From the human T2T-CHM13v2.0 reference genome, Homo sapiens, in the NCBI RefSeq assembly GCF_009914755.1, contig NC_060929.1: a stretch of 64,000 nt of DNA. One strand, written 5' to 3'. The notes beneath the pieces are model-generated. The model searched no databases. It was not told the DNA's origin and saw nothing but the letters and a program-made list of their open reading frames with translations. A program made the position numbers and the translations under genes. Shown piece after piece: positions 15,203 to 27,946 of the stretch (within the stretch, counting starts at the first letter, position 1; each line of letters begins with the position of its first letter).

Positions 15203-15971
15203 CTTGAAAAGGAACATCTTGTATTATTGTTAATATGAATATTTATGAAGCACTATCAGTAGGCTTAACTCAGTCCCTGCTCAATTAGCTTATAATTTAA
15301 TTAGTCCTAAATGCAAATCCTCTAAATTGGGGTGGTTGGCTTTTGAAATGAATGCCAACTAATATCATTATTGATGGCTCACTATCTTCTGCTTCTCTCT
15401 CTCATTTCTCTTTTCTTCTTACCTTATACATACATTTTGCTCTCAAACACCCACCCTTCCTCAACTGAAAGGATGTAAATGAAGGTACACCTGCAAAAGC
15501 AGAAGCCCTGTGGTCCACATTGAACTTTAAAATCCTTATTAGCATTTTGTATCTGAAAATTATAGGGATGTTTTGTGAATTTTTATAGATCTAACACAAT
15601 TGTCAAATATCAGCTTTGAACCATGAAAACATTTCTAAGATATTACGCAAACTAAACTCTAAATTGAGTTTTCTATTTCTATTTGAATTTCACATATCTA
15701 AATTTCCTATGTTGTTTCTGAGAGAGCTCCATATCTGTGCTGGAGTTGGTTCACTGCACAACATTTCTTACAGGTTTAGATAGCACACCTTGTTTTGTGC
15801 TACATTCTCTCTTGGGAGACCTCAGTTGTATTACAATCATAGATGGTTGCTTACTAATACAGAAAGTAGAAAAAAAAGCTGCCCCTTTGAAAACTATTTA
15901 ATAACTTTAATAAGCTGCTTTGTAAATAAGTAAATAAAAAGATACACTTCCTTTTGTCAAAGCAAACTCTT

Positions 15972-18291
15972 TGATATGGTCTGGTTCTGTGTCCTCAACC
16001 AAATCTCAACTTGAATTGTAATGCAAATTGTAATCCCCACGTTTTGGGGGAAAGTCCTCATGGGAGGTGATTAGATCATGGAACAGATTCCCCCATGCTG
16101 TTCTAATAATAGTGAGTGACTTCTCTGGAGCTCTAATGGTTTTATAAGGGGCTTTTTCCCCTCCACTCTGCACTTCTCTCTCCTGCTGCCATGTGAAGAA
16201 GAACATGTTTGCTTCCCCTTCCACCATGTTTGTAAGTTTCCTGAAGCCTCCCCAGTCATGTGGAACTGTAAGTCAATTAAACCCGTTTCCTTTACAAATT
16301 ACCCAGTCTCAGGCAGTTCTTTATAGCAGTGTGAGAACAGATTAGTACAGTCAGTTGGTACTGAGAGTAGTGTGGCACTACTGCAGATACCTGAAAATGT
16401 GGAAGCGACTTTGGAACTGGGTAACAGGCAGAGGTTGGAACAGTTTGGAGGCCTCAGAAGAAGACAGGAAAATGTGGGAAAATGTGCAACTTCCTAGAGA
16501 CTTGGAGGGCTCAGAAGACAGAAAGATGTGGGAAAGTTTGGGACGTCTGAGAAACTTGTTGAATGGCTTTGACCAAAATGCTTATAGTGATACGAACAAT
16601 GACGTCCAGGCTGAGTTGGTCTGAGATGGAGATGAGGAACTTGTTAGAAACTGGAGTAAAGGTCACTCTTGCTATGCTTTAGCAAAGAAGCTGGTGGCAT
16701 TTTGTCCCTGCCGTAGAGATCTGTGGAACTGTGAATTAGAGAGATGATTTAGAGTATCTGGTGGAAGAAAATTCAAAAGGAAGCACACCATAAAAGTTTG
16801 AGAAATTTGCAGCCTGATGATGTAATAGCAAAGAAAAACCCATTTTCTGGGGGAAAATTCCAGCCAGCTGCAGAAATTTGCATAAGTAATGAGATGCCAA
16901 ATGTTAATCACCAAGACAATGAGGAAAATGTCTCTAGAGCCTGTTAGACGACTTCACAGCAGCCCCTCCTATTACAGGCCTGGAGGCCTAGGAGGAAAGA
17001 CTTTATTTTGTGGGGTGGGCCTAGGGTCCCCCTGCTCTGTGCAACCCTGCATCCCAGCTGCTTCAGTCCCAACCATGGCTAAAAGGGGCCAACATACAGC
17101 TCAGGCCATTGCTTCAGAAGGTCCAAGCCTCAAGGCTTAGCAGCTTACACGTGGTGTTGGGCCTGCAGGTGCACAGAAGTCAAGAACTGAGGTTTGGGAA
17201 CCTCCACCTAGATTTCAGAGGATGTATGGAAATGCCTGGATGTCCAGGCAAGAGCCTGCTGCAGGGACGGGGCCCTCGTGGAGAACCTCTGCTGGGGCAG
17301 TGCAGTAGGAAAATGTGGGGTGCAAGCTCCCACACAGAATTCCCACTGGGGCACTGCATAGTGGAGCTGTGAGAAGAGGGCAACCATCCTCCAGACCCCA
17401 GAATGGTAGCTCCACCAACAGCTTGCACTGCGCACCTGGAAAAGCTGCAGACACTCAATGCCAGCCCATGAAAGCAGCCAGGAGGGGACTGTACCCTGAA
17501 AAACCACAGGGGTGGAGCTGCCAAAGTGGTGGGGACCCAACTCTTGCAACAGCATGAACTGGATGTAAGACATGGAGTCAAAGGAGATCATTTTGGAACT
17601 TTAATGTTTAATGACTGCCCTATTGGATTTTGGACTTGCATGGGGCCTGTTGCCCCTTTGTTCTGGACAATTTCTCCCATTTGGAATGAGTGTATTTACC
17701 CAATACCTGTGCCTCCACTGTATCTAGGAAGTAATTAACTTGCTTTTGCTTTTACAGGCTCATAGACAGAAGGGACTTGCCTTGTCTCAGTCGAGACTTT
17801 GGACTTGGACTATTGAGTTAACGCTGAAATGAGTCAAGACTTTGGGAGACTCTTGGGAAGGCATAATTGTGTTTTGAAATGTGAGAAAGATGAGATTTTG
17901 GAGGGCAAAAGGTGGAATGATATGGTCTGGCTCTGTGTCCTCACCCAAATCTCGAATTGTAATCCAAATTGTAATCCCCATGTTTTGGGGGAGGGAACCT
18001 CATGGGAGGTGATTAGATCATGGGAGCAGATCCCCCTGCTGTTCTCATGATAGTGAGTGACTTCTCAGGAGATCTGATAGTTCTATAAGGGGCTTTTTCC
18101 CCCTTTCCTCTGCACTTCCCTCCCCTGCCGCCATGTGAATAAGAACGTGTTTGTTTCCCCTTCCACCATGATTTTAAGTTTCCTGAAGCCTTTCCAGTCA
18201 TGCAGAACTGTGAGTCAATGAAACCTGTTTCCTTTATAAATTACCATATCTCAAGTAGTTCTTTATAGCAGCATGAAAATGGACTAATACA
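15972..18291 (+). mobile_element. Full-length THE1 (THE1C/D-like) MaLR provirus: LTR 15972-16349, internal region, LTR 17918-18291
   Basis: Two ~375-bp TG...CA LTRs (tgatatggtctgg...taataca) flanking a THE1-int sequence (ttggaactgggtaacaggcagaggttggaacagtttggag). Confidence 0.95.
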
Positions 18292-18361
18292 CCCCTGCAG
18301 TGATAAACATTTTCATCTTTTGAGAATAATCAAAAATAGATGTGCAGCAAAAATGTCATAC

Positions 18362-18425
18362 CATTGCTTCCTGTGCCCTGTGATGCACAATGGAGCAATG
18401 CAGCACTCCTCACTAGATAAACATT
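18362..18425 (-). pseudogene. Small decayed exon
   Basis: ctgttatttcag|...ATG|GTATGA, 64 nt, open (CLSSEECCIAPLCITGHRKQ). Phase 2 matches exon 15202. Confidence 0.45.
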
Positions 18426-18911
18426 CTGAAATAACAGTACAGGGCAAGCAGTCCTAGGAAGGCAGACCACAGAGCTTAGAAAAAGTACACGCTGCAGTTT
18501 GAAGTGCAAACCACAATGAGGCAATGAGGAGCTTATGTCCACTCTCAATATAAAACATATCTCTGTTAAGTCCTCAAATGCCTATGGTTCTCTGCAGTCA
18601 CCCATTAATGACAACTAAGGGACCATGAAGGGGGAGACATGGACTGGCATTGTCTGCTGCACCATTCCTGGTGGTTTGATTAAAAAACACTGAAACTGGA
18701 GAGGATATGTTTAGAAAATAATTGTATGCTTGCTTCAATTCAGCTTTTCTCTCCACTTTTAAAATCAGGTAAAGCCAAACTCATATATATTCTTATTATC
18801 TACAACAATTACTGTTTCAGGAGGTTGACATGTCTTGTTACCTAAAACCACTGAAAATTTGAATGTTGATCAACATTTAAAATAGCAAGAGGAATCTTTT
18901 CCCATTGCTTA

Positions 18912-19224
<313 letters not shown>

Positions 19225-19699
19225 TGACTTTTTTTGTTGGTGTAGCCATTCTCCTATTGATAGACACTGTTCATTTTAATTTTTGACTATTACAAAGAAT
19301 GTTTTTGGGAAATTTTAAAATTTTTTTCTTCTCATGCCAAAATAAAAGCTTATAACAGAAAATATAGGCAAAACGTGAATATGTAAAAGTTTCTGCAATC
19401 CTACTTACCCTGAAATAACCACTGAATGGCATGGTGGTTGTTATGGTGTGTGTGTGCATGCAAGTGTGTTTACAACATTTATCTTTTTCTGAGTATAAGC
19501 TTATATGTAAATTTTAAATTTACATATATGAATAAGCAAATGCATAAATTTGTAAAAATTGAATGGTACTAAACATACTTTTTATAAGATCCTTTTTTAA
19601 CCCTGTAAGGCTATTAAAATATTCAAAACACTATCCTTTTTCTAGTACTATGTTCACAAAGTATTCATTTTAAAATATCACTATAGAACAGTATATTAC

Positions 19700-19896
19700 A
19701 GCAGGCAAAGAAGTTCAGTTGAAAGTTATACTCCTAATATTTGAGAGAGATAAGAATGGATGAAGTTTGATGTACTTAATCCTATTGCAATAAAGTGAAC
19801 TTTCAAATATTTCAAGCCTTCATTGCAAAGTAAAATAAGACCTATTCTTATTTCTTCAAAAATTTTATATATTATAAGTAGGTAAGGTATCTCCAG
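19700..19896 (-). pseudogene. Decayed exon, RGS helices 7-9
   Basis: Acceptor attatttctttcag|. 60 open codons including IFEEIRIGLILLCNEGLKYLKSSLY (cf. FDEAQ...RFLKSDLY). 3' end tentative. Confidence 0.6.
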
Positions 19897-21119
19897 CTGA
19901 AAGAAATAATTTTATGGCCAGCTTTCCAAACCTTCCAAATTGTATATCACTTTCTTCTCTTTTAATTCTGCTGTCTCAGATATTTAATTAATAAGAGCTG
20001 CTGTAGCAAGGGGCTTGTCCATAATTTTATTGTCAACATTTCTGAGTCATCTACTTCTGATTTGTTTTAAAATCAAATGCAAGATATTTGGCTAACATAC
20101 AATCACCATGAGCTAGGAATATAACAAATAAACCAATGACAGCCTTCTCTGATGCACCCTTACTTTCATCTGAACCATTGTGCTAAGAAAAATTAGTTTT
20201 TTATTCCTTAAAAGTCTTAAGTATCCTTCTGTTATATCTGAAACCTCAACTCCTCAACTCCTTTTTTGTTAGTTGACCATCAGCCATCAACCACCATCCA
20301 GTTAAAGTCAATGATGTGAACTGCACGCTTAAAGGTAAGTAAAATTCTTTTAAGTTCTGCTTTGAAAAGAGGGAACAAAACCCTTGGTGACAGGAGTTTG
20401 TAATCTAATAGGGGCACTGTGATTAAGTGACATAGTGCATACATGTGTGCCAGGAAACAAATCTATACTGAGTACATTCAGAAACAGAGATCCTATCAGA
20501 CATATGATAAAGCTTGCTTAAGGAAGCTTGAGGGAGGAGTGACAATCTTTATTATGGAAAAGGGTGTAGTTTGGGAAAATACTATTACATCAAGCTGGGA
20601 AGGACAGCTAAGAGAATGGATGACAGAATCAGGATATAAAAAGAGCATAAGGTCAAAATATAACCAGATGGAGTTAAATAGGGTCACATTTGAAGTCCTG
20701 CCCTTTGGTTAAAACAAAAACATCTAACTGAGCAGCTGCCAAGAGAGAAGGAGATGGTGCCTAAGTCAAGCCCTTTTAGTTAAGTGCAGGATGTCACAAC
20801 GATACGATGTGGCAGCCAGTGTCTATCTAATCTAAAGTCACTTTCATTGATAAATAACCCCAGGATGAGGCAAAGAAAAAAAAAAGTCTCTATGATGTTC
20901 TGAGCTAATTGGATTACTTTAGGAATTTCTGGAATTTGCTAATCTTTGGGCCATTAAATTACAAAAGGAGGTTATGAGATAGGAGCTAGTCTAATGGGGA
21001 GTCACTAGAAAAGGAAAGAGATGTGATGGTATAATGGTAGCCAAGTTAAGGAATAGAAAACATAGGGAACAGACCTGATGGTTACAGATACAAAAGTGTC
21101 ACATGAAAATGGAATTTCA

Positions 21120-21611
21120 GGCAGTTGTGTGCTGGGTCACCAAAATGTCATTCCCAAAGTTTACTCCATCGCACCTGGCCACTCTGCCCTTGACCCTCGA
21201 CTCAGCCAAATATGACATATCTCTGGAAGGCTGGCAGATGCAAGCTGAACGGTTGGCCATAAGAGCCCAGCTGAAACAAGAGTACCTGCTTCAGTACAAC
21301 AACCAACTCTAACCACCAAGGGCTCATCGAAGATCTTGCCTTAATTCGTTGGACCTATGCAAGATCAGCAAATGTCTATTCTAATTTCAGACTCACTCCT
21401 AAAACTCACTCTTGGGAGCTCTGTGTGGAATTGGGCCCCTCTTCTTCTGGTATTATGTTTTCAAAACTGACAGGGATAGGAAAGAAAAACTTATCCAGGA
21501 AGGAAAATTGGATGGAACATTTAACATCTCATATTAAGTCTGGCAATGATGACTATAAGGATCTTGCTTAAATAAATTGTCTATTAATCATTAAAAAAAG
21601 AAAGAAAGGAA
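21120..21611 (+). pseudogene. NDUFB4P: Processed pseudogene of NADH:ubiquinone oxidoreductase subunit B4
   Basis: Intronless copy from ATG 21145 (MSFPKF...[20 protein letters not shown]) to ...[20 protein letters not shown] ending 21537, with frameshifts. AATAAA at 21571, A-rich tail, perfect 15-bp TSD gaaaatggaatttca (21105-21119 / 21612-21626). Confidence 0.97.
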
Positions 21612-21908
21612 GAAAATGGAATTTCACTTGCCCTGTGTGTTTCCAAGATTCACAGGTAGGAGCAATGCTACTTAGAAGTTTCACGGAGGCCAAAGTTCAG
21701 TGAAAGCAAGACCAAGCCAATGACACAGAGCCAGCCAATGACACATCAACACTGACAAGGAGAAGGATGTGCAGCAATAGGGGCACAAGCATTGACCTTT
21801 GAAGAGTCACATCATAGCTGTGTTAGCACTGAACCACAGGGCACTGGTGTCTTTTTTCATCCTGAAAATTCTGATTCAACAAAAAAGTTTGTTTCCTTCC
21901 CAATTTAC

Positions 21909-22171
21909 CTTCCTTTGAACTAATTAAACTTCTATCCTCTTCATCCCTCAACTATTAAATATTTAAAAATATGTTGACCAATTTAAGGTTTTGAAATAAA
22001 AACATTATATGACCAAAAGGTTTGATAAATTCTCAAAAGCATAACACTGTCTACTTCTCTGTAGGTATCTCGTGAGCACCAGATACTAAGCTCCCTTGAT
22101 GAAAATAGCTTTTCAAAATATGATAGATATGCTAGTGCACTGTATTCGGAAAAATGTGAGTTCATATGGAC
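21909..22171 (-). pseudogene. Decayed exon, RGS helices 3-5
   Basis: Acceptor ttttttacatcctgacag|, donor AAG|GTAAAT. SALAYLSYFEKLFSSRELSIWCSRDTYRE aligns without gaps to the canonical [29 protein letters not shown]. Confidence 0.65.
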
Positions 22172-22237
22172 CTGTCAGGATGTAAAAAACATGCAATACT
22201 TGGTGTGTTTCCTAAGGAGGGCCCCGGGTAAGGCCCC

Positions 22238-22394
22238 AGTGCTGTGCTTCTCACATTGAAAACACATATGAATCACCTGGGATCTTACTGCAATGCAGAT
22301 GGTTACCCACTAGGTCAGGGTGGGGTCCAAGAATTTCTACCAAGTCCAGGTGATATTCATACTGCTGGTTCATGGATCACATTTTGAGTAGCAA
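22238..22394. mobile_element. MER5A-like hAT element
   Basis: gaatcacctggg...atgcagat...cacattttgagtagca. Confidence 0.75.
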
Positions 22395-22636
22395 GGTAAG
22401 GCGTATTTCCCATGAAGCACCATTGCAGAATGTTTATTACTAGGCCAATATTCACCTAGGCATTTCTTTGCTTTATATATTAACACTTCTATTGACACAG
22501 ATCATAAAATTTCTGTTTTCCTTTCTTTGAAAATTAAAATATATGGTATACTAAAACTTAAAAAAAAATCAGACAGTTTTTTCCCCCAGGTACTTAAGAG
22601 GATACAAACCCATGAAACTTGGCCTCAATTAGATTA

Positions 22637-22951
22637 CAGTGGTCCCTCAGGATCTTTGGGGATTGGTTCCAGGTCTTCAGGCAGATACCAAAATCCATGG
22701 ATGCTCAAGTTCCTTATATAAAATGACATAGTATTTGTATATAACCTACACACATCAATATACTTTAAAGCATCTCCAGATTACTTATACCTAATACAAT
22801 GTAAATGTTATGTCAATAGTTATTATGCTGTACTGTTTAGGGAATGACAAGAAAAGTCTGTACATGTTCAGTATATACACAACCATATTATTAAAAAAAA
22901 AATTGGATTGAATACACAGATGTGGAACCCATGGATACGAAAGGCCTACTG
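22637..22951 (+). mobile_element. MER2 (TcMar-Tigger)
   Basis: TIRs cagtggtccctc / aaggcctactg, TA duplications at 22635-6 and 22952-3, ggattggttccagg...gatgctcaagttccttatataaaatg core. Confidence 0.9.
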
Positions 22952-22954
22952 TAC

Positions 22955-23444
22955 TTGGAAGTATCAATAGGAAATTTCATCAAAATTGATGGTGAATTTC
23001 ACATAGAATTAACTCTCATTTTGTTTTTATTTATTTAGCATATGTAAGCCGGTCTCTAATAACAAAATAATTACAATGACTATTTTTCTCCAGCTCTAAA
23101 TTTATTATAGCAACAACTCAGGATCAAATATAATTTGAGATCCCTTTGAAGGGGTATAAGCTGTTGGTTGATAATGATGTTGAGTAGATGGTCCAAAAAG
23201 ACTCAGTCTGAACATCCTCAATTGTTTGCCTTAGACCAAATTCTAAGTGATTGTAAGAATTCATCTTCTTTGAATACGGTGTATTGAATTTCTTAATGAA
23301 CTCTCCAGCAAACATGAAAAAGTAAATGATGTTATTTGGGCAAGACTGTTTGCTTATAGAAAAATAAGAATGTCATCTGTGGAGTTTTGAAACTTCATCC
23401 TAAATCATCACACATGGTTCCCAGGTGAAGCTTGTACATATATT
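22955..23444 (-). pseudogene. Decayed exon covering most of an RGS domain
   Basis: Acceptor gtttctacttcag|. Single frame ...SKQSCPNNIIYFFMFAGEFIKK...FWTIYSTSLSTNSLYPFKGISNYI*S*V...EIHHQF**NFLL; some TGA stops are consistent with CGA decay. Donor is split by MER2. Confidence 0.6.
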
Positions 23445-23723
23445 CTGAAGTAGAAACTGCTCTTTTAATGGTGATATTCAGAATCTAGTCAGGCTGATCA
23501 TTGTCCTAGTCTCAGCTTTTAGCCTCCTGTTTCCTTCATCTGAAATGTTCTTGCCCTTCATCTCCTTTGAGTCTATGCAAATGTTAACCTGGAGGGCTAC
23601 CCTATTCAAAATTGCATCCCTACTGATAACTTCCTATGTCATTCCCTGACTTTTTTCCTTAGCACTTATCACTATCCAACATATATTTTTTACTTATTTT
23701 TCTTGAATATTGTCTATCTTTTC

Positions 23724-24206
23724 TGTAGTTTTCTGCTGCTGGTGTAACAAATTATCAGAAACTTAGTGATTTAACAATTAAAATGTATCATTTTATAGTT
23801 CTGTAGGTCAGAAGTCCAACACAGGCCTCAATGGGCTAAAATCAAGGTGTCTTCAGGGTTGCATTCCTTTCTGAGTGGGCTAAGGGAGAATCTGCTTCCT
23901 TGCCCTTTCTAGCTGTCCACATTCCTTGGTTCCAGGCCCCCTTCTTTCATTTCCAAAGCCAACAAAGTTGCATCTGTCTGACCCTTTTTCTGTTATCACA
24001 TCTCTCTCTAACCTAACCAGGGAAAAGTCTTTGCTTAGAAGGACTTGTGTGATTAGATTGGGCCCACTGGGCTAATACGGACACTACATCTCAAGGTCTG
24101 TGCCCCTAATCAAATCTGCAAAATCTTTTTTTGCATGTGAGGTAATGTTCATTTAGTCCAGGGATTAGGCAGTGGAGCTCTTTGCAGGGGCTATTATTTT
24201 GCCTAT
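23724..24206 (-). mobile_element. MLT1 solo LTR nested in an L2 3' end (~23500-24340)
   Basis: tgtaacaaatta...tcagaagtccaa...aaatcaaggtgt...gattagattgggccca; L2 resumes afterwards (gaatgtaagctcc...ctcaaaaaatattt). Confidence 0.85.
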
Positions 24207-24417
24207 ATTCATTGGAATGTAAGCTCCAAAAGGTCACAGATTTTTATTTGTTTGATTCACTGTTATATTCCTAGCACTTACAGCAGCACCTGGTATATAG
24301 TATAAACTCAAAAAATATTTATTTCAGAAAATTAATGAAAGAAAATTGGATTGGGCTAATGATGTCATGACAAACACATATTTGAAGTGCAGGCGCTAGA
24401 CATAGACCCTTACTAGA

Positions 24418-24719
<302 letters not shown>

Positions 24720-25666
24720 AGCCTCTACTAGATGTTTGAAGAGTTAATCACTTGAATTAAATAAACCTTAGTCCTCATTTGAAAAATGAGACCATCACTT
24801 TGCCCACTTCATAGAGTGGTTTAGAGAATCAGTCAATGTGATCTGCACTGAAGTGGTCTGAAAATTCTTAGCTAAAGAAATGTAAATTATTGATACTATA
24901 CTTTTTAAGTCGGTCTTAGTATCCTTACCTAAAAATTTAAGTTTCTTTGAGCTCAAAATATCAGCCATTTTGGTCACAGTTCACTCCTCAGACTTTCAGA
25001 AACCCCATTCAAGATGCTGAAAAAGATATATGGGAAAATCTTAAAGCATGGCAGTAGCCTTCTTTGGTTTCTTTTTTGCCAAACATACCATTCCTCAGGG
25101 TCATTGCCCTAGACTGAGTGTAGCATGATCGGACCATCTGAGAAGATGGTGGGATAACAGAAAGTTATTTGGAGTCTTCAGACCTCAGTCTAGTCCAGGC
25201 TCTTTTTGACTGGGCATTTCCATTAGTATCTCCAAGCCACCCTGCTGCCTAGAGTTTATCATTCTCAGCTACATGTTATTAAAACATGTTAGCAAGTACT
25301 GCAGTGGTGCAGAAGAAAGGCCCTAAGAGCCTTATTGTTTTTATTTCCTTAAGGTAGGACTAGAACATAATTTAACTAACACACTGTCTTCATATAACTT
25401 AAGTTTATAACCAGTATCATAGAAAAGATAACATGCCCACAAATACTTGTAGAATTATTTTGCTGATCTTTCAAAAAATGGCACTTAGAACTTTTATCAT
25501 CTATTTTTAGAATATTTGTACAAGGAAATGGGCCTCTCCAATTTTATTGAAAACATTTGTCAATTTTATTAAATTTTTTAAAACTCAGAATTTGCTTGGA
25601 ACTCATATGCTTATATTTACTAGAAGACTAAAAATCTAAAGGTTTAAGATAGAATTTTCTATTGCC

Positions 25667-25883
25667 TTAGCAAATCTGTAATGCCCAAATTAGAAAACAG
25701 TTATTTTTCTCCAGGATTGATGTAATTAAAACACTAAAGGGTGGGGGGGTCAAACAACAACAAAACAGTCTTAATATAGATGTGGTTTGTTTCTCTGGGC
25801 CTGTGACTACATATGGATATTTGGAAACATTACAGTGTTTGGCGACAACAAAGCTATTCATTGTTAGTCAACAGATATGCACA
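25667..25883 (-). pseudogene. Decayed exon (3' end uncertain)
   Basis: Acceptor gagttttcaccacag|. Reads VHIC*LTMNSF...EKQTTSILRLF; reading the stop as W gives an FWL-xx-xxF-like motif. Confidence 0.4.
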
Positions 25884-25923
25884 CTGTGGTGAAAACTCAA
25901 CCAATAAAATTGTTAATTTAATG

Positions 25924-26092
25924 CAGTGATTCTCAAAGTGTGGTCTCCAGACTAGCAGCATTAGTGTCACTTGGGGTCTTATTAGAAGCAAAAAATTGGA
26001 GGCTGTACCACAGATCTACAGAATTAGAAATTTTGGGGAAGGGGCCTGGTAATGTGTGGCTTATTGGCCCTTCCAGGTGATTCTGATGATCA
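25924..26092. mobile_element. MER5A
   Basis: cagtgattctcaaagtgtggtc...ccaggtgattctgatg. Confidence 0.8.
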
Positions 26093-27475
26093 TTAGTGGA
26101 TGCCCTTTTACTTTCTTACCTTAAAATATCTTATAATCTTGTTTGATAGTGTATATGAAAAAGCACAATTGCTTTTTAAAAGGTGAAAATCTGAGTCAGC
26201 AATTAAGGCTAAGTCATATCTAAAAATCATGTGGGCAGAGTATTTTGAAAACTAGATATTTGAATCAGCTGAAAAAGCCTCTGCTGCAACCCAAACCTAA
26301 AACCTCCCCTAAAACCCAAACCTAAAAGTATTATTTATTCAATAACTTACATAAATTATCCATGTAAAATAAACATTGTATATATTAAGAAATGCTTTTC
26401 ACATGTTAATTGAAATCTAGCTTATTTTCTTGGAATTTTCTCTTGCATTTTAGACATATTTTCCAGAGATTGATTTTCTTGCTCTAAAATTTTATTGGCA
26501 ACCCAAAAAAAGCAAAATCAAACAGACAAGCCAACAATATTCTCATATAATCAACCAGATTTTTTAAATCCAGAGTCTTAAAAATATGGGTATTTTCCCC
26601 TGCGAGTTAAATAAGCACAAAACAAACATATTGTATGGTCTATAGTTTTATTTTAGTAACTGGAAACACTATTTTGCCTGCATTCCAATTGTTATAATAA
26701 AGGTGAAGCAAAAGTCCTGAGACAGCCTCAAGGATCTGGTGGCTAATTCTTTCAACAGAACCAAGGGCAGGGTCCGAGATGACAAGGTCTGTTTCAGCTG
26801 GGTCTCAGGTGAGTGTCCAGGGTATACAGAATGGGGTTGAAGACTCTTTCCACAAGAGCAGCAGAATAGTATGCACATGAAAGTACCCCATTACCAAGAG
26901 GCCTTGTGGGATGAACCTGTGTGCAATGGAGTTACACCATCCAGGACTTCCTGAGTAGAGGATTTTGGGTTATTGGTAGGCAATGGAGAGCCAATGAGAT
27001 TTCAGGTTGTGGATTTACATATCACAGTCTCTTTTTAGGAAGATGAACTCCAGCCAAAGTGTAAGCTCTAAACTGAATCTTACAGAGCCTGTTGTCAGGA
27101 AATTCTGGCAATTTCTAGCTTGACAAAAGGCCAGGCCAAAGCAGTAGTGGTGGTGATGGAGGCCAGAATGTGAGAAACCTTTGGGCCAGGTTTGAATGTG
27201 ATGGCTGAAGGAAAAAATAGGAAACAAGGTAAAATCTTGGGCTTCTTGTTAAGTATTTATTAATATTGGGTATGATGCTTATTCTGCATTACTTATCCAT
27301 GCAAACTATTGAGGACAACAAGATAATTTTGTGCTTAGATTGGTGTGTGTGTGTGTGTGTGGGGGGTCCTCTATCATGTATCTAGCTGATTCAAATCATT
27401 TTTTTCTAAATGATAGGAACAGGTGAAAAGTGATATCCCTGGGAGTCCGAGCAAGTAGGGATGCATTTCTTAACC

Positions 27476-27660
27476 AGCAGTTCTTTAAGTGGAAGTCTGT
27501 GAACCTCTAAAGCAGCGGAGTCATGAAAGACATTTAGAAAAATACAGTCACCTGGGTCCTGTCCCCAGAAAGTCTGATGTCATTTTTCTGGGTGTCTGGC
27601 CCAGGCATCAGATTTTTTAAAGTTCCCAAGGTGATTGAAAGTGGATAAGAACTAATGCTT
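27476..27660. mobile_element. MER5-like hAT element
   Basis: ccaggcatcagattttttaaagttcccaaggtgatt. Confidence 0.6.
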
Positions 27661-27946
27661 GAAAATATAAGTGAAGGCTTTTTTCAATTAGATAATATAA
27701 CTTTAATTTCATTCTGTTGATTTGCCTAATAATCTGTTGTGATGCTAATGAAACCAAAGTGTTACATATTTACCTCCTAGGGATGATGCAAAAACAAAAA
27801 GATAATATGTGATAAAGTACATCAAGCTGATACCTATTTGGGCCCTGTTGTCAACAATAGTGTTTCAACTTTTTCCTACAGGGAATAAATACTTACATAA
27901 ATCACTGGGAAAATACAGCAAAGTAGCATAATTTCTTTGCTTTTAC

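Noticed and set aside
16006-18201. Dense cluster of overlapping ORFs (up to 133 aa)
   Set aside because: All lie inside the THE1 LTR/internal sequence; they reflect higher GC content, not a host gene.
21103-21312. 69-aa NDUFB4-like ORF as a functional retrogene
   Set aside because: Frameshift and premature stop remove the transmembrane C-terminal half; a second frameshift follows.
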